Both the position numbers and the translations under genes were made by a program. Below, one piece after another: positions 45,320 to 53,497 of a DNA stretch of 58,346 nt (its first letter is position 1; each line of letters starts with the position of its first letter). The notes under the pieces were generated by a model. That model searched no databases. It saw only the letters and a program-made list of their open reading frames with translations, and was not told where the DNA came from. Source of the stretch: a virus (lineage: Duplodnaviria; Caudoviricetes); the IMG/VR virus record IMGVR_UViG_3300020477_000025, positions 1 through 58,346 of that record; one strand, written 5' to 3'.

Positions 45320-48300
45320 ATGGCTAGCAGAAACTTTAAATTTATTTCGCCCGGAGTTTTTCTAAATGAAATTGACAATACTCAACTACCGAGCGAACCC
45401 GCCGCTGTTGGGCCGCTAATTGTTGGCACCACGCGCAAAGGCCCTGCAATGCGTCCGATTCGTGTTGATTCATTTTCAGAGTTTGTTGATGTTTTTGGCG
45501 AACCAACCCCCGGCACTGATGGTACGGATGTTTGGAGAAGCGGCGAGCCACAAGCTCCAACTTATGCTGCTTATGCGGCGCAGGCGTGGCTTAGAAATTC
45601 GCCAACAGTTAATGTTGTACGCCTACTGGGTACGGAGCATAGAAGCAGAACGGCCGCGACTGTAGGTAACGAAGGTATGGCCGGCTGGAAAACCAGTTCG
45701 TCATTTACAAATGAAGCCGCCCGCGCCCCCAACAACTTTCAAGATGGCAACGCCACCGGCGGCGCATATGGCCTTTGGGTATTCCCGCCCTCGATTTCTT
45801 CTTCGACTGGGTATGCTGCCAAAGCCGCCGGCGCCCGAACTCACTCGACAGGATCGCTGGCAGCAATATGGTATATGAATGGCGGCTCGATCGGCTTATC
45901 AGGAAGTAATGCCTGTGGAACAGGATCAATTGACCATGCAATCGGCGTGTTAATGCAATCCGACGCCGGCGGCGTATTTCAAGCTTCCATCGTTAACGAT
46001 GACGCGGCCTTTATGAAACAAATCCGATTTTCGATTAACGAGGGCGATAAAAATTATATTCGAAAAGTTTTTAATACAAATCCAACATTAGTTAATACTA
46101 ATATTGTTGACGGTACCGCAACTTCCTCATTTTGGCTTGGTGAGTCATTCACAAACACGTTTGACATTGAAGCTACCAGAAACACTTCACAAGATGGTGT
46201 GGCGATTCACGGTTCACCAAAATATTTAGGAGTAATTTATCCGATTCATGCAACTGATAATACCGGTGCGACCTATGACCATGGTAATCGCTTGGTAGCT
46301 TTTACAGATAGCTCTGGTAACCGCAGAAATAGTAGAACTGGCTGGTTCATTTCACAAAATTTCGGCGCGACTGGAAGTTATGATGCAGGAAACATGCAAA
46401 AGCTTTTCCGTCTTCATGGGCGAGATAACGGAACTTGGTGTCAAAACAATCTTAAAGTTTCTATTTCACAAATTAGAAGCTCCACAAATGGCATTGACAA
46501 ATATGGCACATTTAGCGTTGAAATCCGCGATATTAGAGACCGCGACGGTGCAAAGAACGTTTTAGAGAGATTTGAGTTTTGCAATTTAAATCCAGACTCT
46601 GAAAACTATGTTGCTCGTAAAATCGGCGATGTGCATACAATTTTTGATACGACAAAAAGAATTGTTCGCGAAAGAGGTACTTGGCCAAATCGCTCAAAAT
46701 ATGTTCGTATTGAAATGAATACTGAAGTCGACGCCGGCGCAACCAATCCGGAAAATCTTCCATGGGGCGCTTGGGGTCCACCAAGATATAATAACTTGGC
46801 TTGGTTCAACCATCCGGCCGGGTCGCATATTGATGGGCCGGCCACGACGGGGTTACAGACCGGCAGTGTATGGTGGCAGCCGGGTTGGCACTTTGATACT
46901 GTCGGAGGAGATTACCTAGACGGCGAAAGAGCACAAGAAAGCGCGTTTATTGTCGGCGGCACCTCGCGCCACACTATAATAGACCTCTCCGCGTCATCGC
47001 CGGCCCATGGTGGCGGGTTCGCCGGCTCAGCCGGCACGCATGCTAATGATTATTTTCAATTGATTAGTGGTTGTTTCGGCCCAACAGCCGGCAACGATGT
47101 TCGCCACGGATTAGCAATTTCAAGCTCTCTTACTTTTAAATTTCCAGAGTTGCCAATGAGAACTTCCGGATCCATAGGTGGAACAAATTTCAAGACCGCA
47201 TATTATGGAGTATACACTGGCAAAGCAAGAGACAAAGATTTTGCAACTTATCACAACGATGATATCGTTGATCATCTTAGAGTCGGCGCATCGGCACTGG
47301 TTGATGCTTGGGACGGCGACAGTGGAAATGCTTACCTAGCGCCGCAGTATATTTTCACGTTGGACGATATTTCAGCATCTTCGCACGGGTCTGATCCCGG
47401 CGTTGATACTACTCTCGCGGACGACTATGTTTATGTTTCTGGTACACATCAGGCAGCCGGTGCAGGCGTGGGCAGCGGTTCGTCGGTCACTTGTCAGCTT
47501 AATTCATCCACTTACCAGACTCTTCTTGACAAAGGGGTTAATAAATTCACAACCGTTTTCCACGGTGGTGTAGATGGCTTAAATATTACAGAACAACAGC
47601 CGCTAAGAAGTGGTTTATTACATAACGCATCGACAACCCCAACAGAAAAAAATAGCTACGTTTTTAATACTTATAATGAAGCTATTGATACGATTAAAGA
47701 TACAGAATCTGTTGAGTGCAATCTGGTATCCATCCCCGGCTTAGCCCATGAGCCGCTTACCGGTAAGTTAATCGATGTTGCTGAGACACGCGGCGATACT
47801 TTGGCAGTTATCGACCTCAAGGGTGATTTTGAGCCATCGTTTGAAGGCGCTGACAGCGACAACTTAGGAAAGGCAGTGTTTAGAACTTCCCCCGATACCG
47901 CGATTAATAACTTAAAAGATAGACAACTTAACTCAAGTTATGGTTGTGCATACTATCCATGGGTTAAGATTAGAGATACTCTGCGCGGAAGCTTCTTGTT
48001 CGCACCGCCTTCTGTCGTCGCTATTGGGGCGATGTCTTACACAGACAGAGTAAAAGCTCCGTGGTTTGCCCCTGCTGGCTTTAATCGCGGCGGCCTTTCA
48101 AGCGGCATCGCCGGTCTACCCGTTGTTGCTGTAACACAGCGACTTACATCGGGAGATAGAGATGATCTTTATGATGCCAACATTAACCCAATTGCAACTT
48201 TCCCGAATGAGGGTATCGTGATTTTCGGTCAGAAGACTTTGCAGGTTACAAGAAGTGCGCTAGATAGAATTAATGTTCGTAGATTGCTTATCTTTGTTAA

Positions 48301-48580
48301 GAAGGGAATTTCTGCGATTTCAAACGATCTTCTATTTGAACAAAATGTTAGAGAAACTTGGGAGCGTTTTATTAACCGTGCGAATCCATTCCTCAACGAC
48401 GTTAAGGCAAGATTTGGCTTAACTGATTATAAGTTGATTCTGGATGAAACCACCACAACACCTGATTTGGCCGATCGGAATATTATGTATGCTAAGATTT
48501 TCTTGAAGCCTGCAAGAGCAATAGAATTTATCGCTGTTGATTTCATTATTACGAATACCGGTGCAGCTTTTGAGGATTAA
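45320..48580 (+). CDS. gp18: Contractile tail sheath protein (T4 gp18-like) with large insertions
   Basis: N-terminal FISPGVFLNEID; C-terminal PWFAPAGFNRG, NINPIATFP, GQKTLQ...SALDRINVRRLL and KPARAIEFI. Confidence 0.95.
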   Translation: MASRNFKFISPGVFLNEIDNTQLPSEPAAVGPLIVGTTRKGPAMRPIRVDSFSEFVDVFGEPTPGTDGTDVWRSGEPQAPTYAAYAAQAWLRNSPTVNVVRLLGTEHRSRTAATVGNEGMAGWKTSSSFTNEAARAPNNFQDGNATGGAYGLWVFPPSISSSTGYAAKAAGARTHSTGSLAAIWYMNGGSIGLSGSNACGTGSIDHAIGVLMQSDAGGVFQASIVNDDAAFMKQIRFSINEGDKNYIRKVFNTNPTLVNTNIVDGTATSSFWLGESFTNTFDIEATRNTSQDGVAIHGSPKYLGVIYPIHATDNTGATYDHGNRLVAFTDSSGNRRNSRTGWFISQNFGATGSYDAGNMQKLFRLHGRDNGTWCQNNLKVSISQIRSSTNGIDKYGTFSVEIRDIRDRDGAKNVLERFEFCNLNPDSENYVARKIGDVHTIFDTTKRIVRERGTWPNRSKYVRIEMNTEVDAGATNPENLPWGAWGPPRYNNLAWFNHPAGSHIDGPATTGLQTGSVWWQPGWHFDTVGGDYLDGERAQESAFIVGGTSRHTIIDLSASSPAHGGGFAGSAGTHANDYFQLISGCFGPTAGNDVRHGLAISSSLTFKFPELPMRTSGSIGGTNFKTAYYGVYTGKARDKDFATYHNDDIVDHLRVGASALVDAWDGDSGNAYLAPQYIFTLDDISASSHGSDPGVDTTLADDYVYVSGTHQAAGAGVGSGSSVTCQLNSSTYQTLLDKGVNKFTTVFHGGVDGLNITEQQPLRSGLLHNASTTPTEKNSYVFNTYNEAIDTIKDTESVECNLVSIPGLAHEPLTGKLIDVAETRGDTLAVIDLKGDFEPSFEGADSDNLGKAVFRTSPDTAINNLKDRQLNSSYGCAYYPWVKIRDTLRGSFLFAPPSVVAIGAMSYTDRVKAPWFAPAGFNRGGLSSGIAGLPVVAVTQRLTSGDRDDLYDANINPIATFPNEGIVIFGQKTLQVTRSALDRINVRRLLIFVKKGISAISNDLLFEQNVRETWERFINRANPFLNDVKARFGLTDYKLILDETTTTPDLADRNIMYAKIFLKPARAIEFIAVDFIITNTGAAFED

Positions 48581-48581
48581 T

Positions 48582-48589
48582 ACTAATTA
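48582..48589 (+). promoter_or_regulatory. Putative late promoter for the tube gene (ACTAATTA)
   Basis: Exact motif followed by an AGGAG SD and ATG 48614. Confidence 0.6.
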
Positions 48590-48613
48590 TAGTAAACTAG
48601 GAGAATAAATTGT

Positions 48614-49165
48614 ATGCCCAATAAAATACCCGACAACATTCCAAAGTGGCAATCGATGAATATCGAGCCTAAAAGGAAATTTAAATTTATACTCCGCATT
48701 GGAGACATTCCTGCGTGGGTAGTTAAAAGTGCCGGAAGACCACAGGTGACTATTTCAGATGGCGCAAAACATCAGTTTTTAGCACATGAATTTAAATTTC
48801 CCGGCAGAGTTACTTGGAATGATATTGAAGTTACACTAGTTGATCCAATTAACCCCGATGTTGCAGCAACGGTCTTTAGAGTTATTGAAGAGTCTGGATA
48901 TGCTACTCCGGGCGATTGGAACGGCAATAATGAATTATGGCGTCTAAGTATCTCAAAAAGAAGGGCTGCATCGGCAGCTTTAAGCGATGTAACGATTCAA
49001 ACAATCGACTCTGATGGTAAAAAAGTGGAAGAGTGGCGATTATATAACGCTTGGATTAAAAATATTAACTATGATGATGTTTCATACGAGAGCGAAGATT
49101 TAATGACCGTTACAGTTGGCTTGGCTTATGATTGGGCCAAATTAGAATCATTTGTGACAGAATAA
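48614..49165 (+). CDS. gp19: Tail tube protein (T4 gp19-like)
   Basis: EPKRKFKF...PGRVTWNDIEVTLVD...EEWRLYNAW...YDWA; follows the sheath. Confidence 0.88.
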   Translation: MPNKIPDNIPKWQSMNIEPKRKFKFILRIGDIPAWVVKSAGRPQVTISDGAKHQFLAHEFKFPGRVTWNDIEVTLVDPINPDVAATVFRVIEESGYATPGDWNGNNELWRLSISKRRAASAALSDVTIQTIDSDGKKVEEWRLYNAWIKNINYDDVSYESEDLMTVTVGLAYDWAKLESFVTE

Positions 49166-49168
49166 AGA

Positions 49169-49798
49169 ATGGCTGCCTCTATAATAGGTGAATTAACTCA
49201 AAGAATCCTTCCACAGTGCGGGATTAGGGATGAAAAAGCTCCATCGTGGCGTAAAATGCAGATGGATGCTCAGCAATCCCATCGTTTTATTCTTAAGGTT
49301 AATGGTATTCACCCCATATACATAAGTCAGGTTTCAAGACCCGGGTATACAGTTGAGACTGAAAATTACAGGCTTTTAAACTGGCACTTTAAGTACCCCA
49401 CCAATATTAAATGGGGCGAAATGACTTTTACAGTTAGAGAAGTTTTTAGTGATTCTGTTGCTAGAATTTTTATTAATAAGTTGCGCGCATGTGGTTACTC
49501 ATACCCCTCCGAAGAAGAAGTAGACTTGACTTCAAAAGATTTAAGCAAAGCGGGCCTTGTTAACTCTTTAGGAAATATATCAATTCAAAACTTAAGACCA
49601 GATATGTCAGTGCATGAAGAGTGGTTTTTAAAGAATGCCTTCATAACTGGCGTAAAATTTAGTGAAATGAATTATTCAAATGCTGACTTAACTTCTGTTC
49701 AAATTACGTTATCATATGATTGGGCAGAATTGGAAGTTTATGATTCTCCAGAGGATAGAGAAGCAAAAGTAACGGCCCGAGAAGAAAGATTTATATAA
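49169..49798 (+). CDS. Second tail-tube-fold protein (paralog)
   Basis: Collinear similarity to ORF 48614: RFIL...RP...WGEMTFT...EEWFLKNAFI...LSYDWAEL. Confidence 0.75.
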   Translation: MAASIIGELTQRILPQCGIRDEKAPSWRKMQMDAQQSHRFILKVNGIHPIYISQVSRPGYTVETENYRLLNWHFKYPTNIKWGEMTFTVREVFSDSVARIFINKLRACGYSYPSEEEVDLTSKDLSKAGLVNSLGNISIQNLRPDMSVHEEWFLKNAFITGVKFSEMNYSNADLTSVQITLSYDWAELEVYDSPEDREAKVTAREERFI

Positions 49799-49816
49799 TC
49801 TCTAATAAGAGGGAAA

Positions 49817-50629
49817 ATGAAAGACAGAAATGCAGAAAGATTAAATTTTCAACCACCATCACCCAATCAACAAAGTTATACACCGCCCGCTGACATAGTG
49901 TCGCTTCCTTCCGGAGGTAAATTTTATCCAGAAGGGCACCCTCTTCATAATGTTGAAAGTGTCGAAGTATATTATATGACAACAAAAGAAGAGGATATAC
50001 TTGTTAACGCCTCTTATAATAAAGAGGGCGTTGTTTATGACAAGCTGATTGAAAGTTTATTGGTTAACAAAAGTATCAATGTTAGTTCTTTGTTAACCGG
50101 TGACAAAAATGTAATATTGGTTAACGCACGTAAAAACGCTTATGGCCCAGAATACGGACTTAGGGTTGCATGTCAAGAATGTTTTGCAGAAAACACAATA
50201 AGTGTTAATATTGCAGAAGTTAAAAATAAAGAAAATGATTATTCAAGTGTTGAATTTACCCCCAGAGGCACTTTCCTTTTAAGACTCCCGGCGTCGAATG
50301 CCGAATTGGAATTAAAATTATTAACAGGGCAAGATGAAAAGGAAATTGAAGTGCATGCCGCCCAACGAGCTAAGCATAATCTTCCGGAAGAGCGCATAAC
50401 TGGCAGATATAAACAAATGATTGTTTCTATTAACGGCGAATCAGACCCAGTTTATGTTAAGGGCTTTATTGATAATATGCCCATTGCCGATTCAAGATTT
50501 TTACGAAAGATTTATACAAATTTAATGCCAGACATTGATTTAAGATTTGAGTTTGTTTGTCAAGCATGCGCATCAGCAAACGCTGGAGGTGTGCCATTTA
50601 CTGGCGACTTTTTTTGGCCTGACGAGTGA
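49817..50629 (+). CDS. gp26: Baseplate hub / tail assembly chaperone (T4 gp26-like)
   Basis: VSLPSGGKFYP...MTTKEEDIL...ARKNAYG; two CxxC pairs; ends DFFWPDE. Confidence 0.75.
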   Translation: MKDRNAERLNFQPPSPNQQSYTPPADIVSLPSGGKFYPEGHPLHNVESVEVYYMTTKEEDILVNASYNKEGVVYDKLIESLLVNKSINVSSLLTGDKNVILVNARKNAYGPEYGLRVACQECFAENTISVNIAEVKNKENDYSSVEFTPRGTFLLRLPASNAELELKLLTGQDEKEIEVHAAQRAKHNLPEERITGRYKQMIVSINGESDPVYVKGFIDNMPIADSRFLRKIYTNLMPDIDLRFEFVCQACASANAGGVPFTGDFFWPDE

Positions 50630-50792
50630 TTATATGGATAACGTATATGATACGTTTTTTATATTAAAACAACACGGCAACTGGAGCTTCTTCGAACTTT
50701 ATGCATTACCTATAAGACTTAGAGACTGGTTTGCCGAACGTCTATCGCGACACCTTCAAGAAATAAACGAAACTAAAAAAAGAAATAGCTAA
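50610..50792 (+). CDS. Small gp51-like tail assembly ORF; likely the +1 frameshift extension of ORF 49817, or an independent start at ATG 50634
   Basis: FFILKQHGNWSFFELYALPIRLRDWF resembles the small ORF found after gp26 in T4-like phages; a T7 run at 50609-50615 links the two frames. Confidence 0.6.
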   Translation, partial: FFGLTSDYMDNVYDTFFILKQHGNWSFFELYALPIRLRDWFAERLSRHLQEINETKKRNS

Positions 50793-50796
50793 CCCT

Positions 50797-50804
50797 ACTA
50801 ATTA
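50797..50804 (+). promoter_or_regulatory. Putative late promoter (ACTAATTA)
   Basis: Exact motif followed by a TAAGGAG SD and ATG 50826. Confidence 0.6.
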
Positions 50805-50825
50805 TTAGTAAGGAGAACCTAGGTT

Positions 50826-52262
50826 ATGGCCGAATATGATATTTTTTCTGCTATTAACAGATATGCCGATACCGGCAAGGCTGCAGATTATAGAGCGGCA
50901 GAGAGCGCAATTAAAAATAAGGCCAGTTCAGACGCGACTAAGCGAGAAGCGCTTGAACTTCTAAAGCGCCATAAAAAGAAGAAAGAAGCCTCATATAAGA
51001 GGGGCGATTTCGGCGACATGATCCCCGGTCTAGTATCGGAGCGCGGCCTAGAAGCATTCGAAAAAAGGGCGCCCAAACTCCTTAAAACGATGAAGAACTT
51101 CGTCAGGTTTGAGAGTGATATAATAAAATTTGGTGCTCAAACCGGCGCCCAAGCGGCAAATATAACCAGAACTTTAACTGCGTTACAAAGGAGTAATCAA
51201 CATTTAGGCATCACCACCAAATCGACGATGGGCGCGATGACCGTCGCCCTTAAACAATATGCCGGCACGGTGACGCCGGCGTGGCAAAAGGATAATTTAG
51301 CTATAACAAAACAAATTGCAGTCTTTGATAAGCTCGGTATCTCCACCGGCACTACAATAACTACGATGAATACCTTTAGCGCAGTATTGGGCAGATCCAG
51401 AGGTGAAGTTACAAGAACGGCCGGCGTTTTAAATAAATTTGCACAGGAGACAGGACAGGGTTATAATAGGGTTTGGCAAGACTTTAATAAAAATGTTGGC
51501 AGCTTTATGGATATCTTGAACACAGAAGAGATGACGCGTCAAACTTTGCTTTTTAATGTCCGCGCCCGCCGAATGGGTATTGATGTCGGCGCCGTTATGA
51601 GCAATTTAGAACGATTTGAGACTCTCGACTCCGCACAAGCTGCTGCTGGCAAAATTAATGCAGTTATGTCGTCTCTGGGCGGCAGCTTTGATGCTGTAAA
51701 GGCTGCTTCTATGGACTACCCAGAGAGAATGGAATATATAGCTCAATCGATCCAAAGTGTAATGGGCAGAGTCGAAGCTTCCGGCCCCAGAGCTAGTCGC
51801 GCCTATATGAAGGCCATGAAAAGTGCTTTTGGCTTGGACTCTAGAACGTTTAGAGCCTTGATATCTTATAAGCCCGGGCAAGCATTGCCGGCTGAGTTGG
51901 CCATGGGTCAGGGTTTGATTGGCGGCCTTACAACCGCTGCAACAGAGAGGGTTGCGGCCGAAGCGGCAACAATTGAAGAGCGCACCATGGCCATGGCCGA
52001 CGCAAGAGAGTCATTTGCCTATCATGTTATCCCCACATCTCTTGGCCTCGCAGCGCAAGAAATAATAAGCAAGATTAAAGTTCGCTCTGGAGAGCTTGAC
52101 ACGACTCTTATTAAGATAGGCGAAGGCGCCGCCGATCAAGTGGGTAAAAAGATAAGCGAAACTTTAACCGCGGTGATGGCGGCCATGACGCCGATGGTAG
52201 AGCAGAACTCGCGAGCTACCTTAAGGAACCAAGAGAGGTTCAAGCGAAACGACAAACTATGA
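50826..52262 (+). CDS. Putative tape measure protein
   Basis: Ala/Met/Thr-rich helical 478-aa protein directly after the chaperone genes and before the baseplate genes. Confidence 0.65.
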   Translation: MAEYDIFSAINRYADTGKAADYRAAESAIKNKASSDATKREALELLKRHKKKKEASYKRGDFGDMIPGLVSERGLEAFEKRAPKLLKTMKNFVRFESDIIKFGAQTGAQAANITRTLTALQRSNQHLGITTKSTMGAMTVALKQYAGTVTPAWQKDNLAITKQIAVFDKLGISTGTTITTMNTFSAVLGRSRGEVTRTAGVLNKFAQETGQGYNRVWQDFNKNVGSFMDILNTEEMTRQTLLFNVRARRMGIDVGAVMSNLERFETLDSAQAAAGKINAVMSSLGGSFDAVKAASMDYPERMEYIAQSIQSVMGRVEASGPRASRAYMKAMKSAFGLDSRTFRALISYKPGQALPAELAMGQGLIGGLTTAATERVAAEAATIEERTMAMADARESFAYHVIPTSLGLAAQEIISKIKVRSGELDTTLIKIGEGAADQVGKKISETLTAVMAAMTPMVEQNSRATLRNQERFKRNDKL

Positions 52263-52280
52263 TAAAAAAGGAGCAAAAAT

Positions 52281-53123
52281 ATGGGATTTTTTAATACACT
52301 TGGAAGTGGGTTGGCAGCAGAGTCTCTTGCTGCTGGCTCTTCTTTTTTAGAGGATTTTCTTGACACAGACCCAACTCTAGGTACATGCGCCCCTTCAGAG
52401 GCAAATATTAGGAATCAGGTGACTTTTGCAACATTGCGCTTGAGTTTTCCAACCACTGCGACGGGGGCAAAGTTGTCGCTGCCGGCATATTTAACGGCAT
52501 TTAGTGAGAACTTCACGCCGCAATGGACTTCAACACCAGTCTTTGGTCGAGCAGACCCTATTCCAGTTTACAAAAATACTAGTCGCTCTACTAGTTTGGG
52601 CTTTTTAATACCTTGTTATAATAGCAATGATGCAAATGAAAATTTGAAAAAATTAAATATGTTAATCAAGTCTTTATACCCGGGCTATACAAAACTTAAA
52701 AAAACAGGCGCAGTTGTTTTATCTAGCCCACCGCTGATTAGAGTTAAGTTCGCAAATTTGCTGGTTAATCATAAAAATCCTTATAAAGGCTTGCTTGGCT
52801 ATATTACATCTTTTTCAACAGATTTTGGAATTAATAATCGCGGCGTTTTTATGGATAGAAGTTCCATCCCCGGCCGCGGCGCATTGTTCCCTAGGGCTTT
52901 TCAATTTAATTTTAGCTTTTCGCCTTTGCACGAAAGCATAGTTGGCTGGGATAATGATGAGTCGGGCGGCAAATTCTTTGGGAGCAGAGATTACCCCTAT
53001 AGAACAAAGATGTCGCCCGGTGATATTATACAGGCCGGCGCGTCTACAGTGACTAACGCCATCGGCGCTGGCGGCTTGGGTGAAAAGGTTCAATTTAGTG
53101 AAATATTGGGATGGGCAGGATAA
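52281..53123 (+). CDS. Baseplate / tail-tube initiator protein
   Basis: AYLTAFSENFTPQW....FGRADPIPVYKNT.R...SPPLIRVKF..L pattern typical of tube-initiator proteins that follow the tape measure. Confidence 0.6.
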   Translation: MGFFNTLGSGLAAESLAAGSSFLEDFLDTDPTLGTCAPSEANIRNQVTFATLRLSFPTTATGAKLSLPAYLTAFSENFTPQWTSTPVFGRADPIPVYKNTSRSTSLGFLIPCYNSNDANENLKKLNMLIKSLYPGYTKLKKTGAVVLSSPPLIRVKFANLLVNHKNPYKGLLGYITSFSTDFGINNRGVFMDRSSIPGRGALFPRAFQFNFSFSPLHESIVGWDNDESGGKFFGSRDYPYRTKMSPGDIIQAGASTVTNAIGAGGLGEKVQFSEILGWAG

Positions 53124-53494
53124 TGGCATTTTCAAGATATAAAGATACTGGTGTTATTTTGAATGATGACTTGGACTATAAGAAGGTTTTTGTAAAAAGA
53201 TTCGGCAGAGATGGTTTAGACAACATTCAAAGAGTTTCATATCTTAAACATTTAGAAACTTTGGAATTAAAATATCCAACTCTTGCTGACATTGTTAACT
53301 TATCTTTTACTAACTACATATGGTCGCAAGGGGATCGATTTTATAAGCTGTCTCATGAGTTTTATGGTGATGCAAGATATTGGTGGGTCATCGCTTGGTT
53401 TAATAAAAAGCCGACCGATCATCACGTTAGCGTGGGAGATCTAATAAAAGTACCAACACCTTTAGAAGAAATTTTAAATGCAATTGGTTTATAA
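53123..53494 (+). CDS. LysM-like baseplate wedge protein (T4 gp53 / P2 gpX-like)
   Basis: GDRFYKLSHEFYGDARYWWVIAWFN...GDLIKVP; start at ATG 53123 (TAATG overlap). Confidence 0.8.
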   Translation: MAFSRYKDTGVILNDDLDYKKVFVKRFGRDGLDNIQRVSYLKHLETLELKYPTLADIVNLSFTNYIWSQGDRFYKLSHEFYGDARYWWVIAWFNKKPTDHHVSVGDLIKVPTPLEEILNAIGL

Positions 53495-53497
53495 AAT

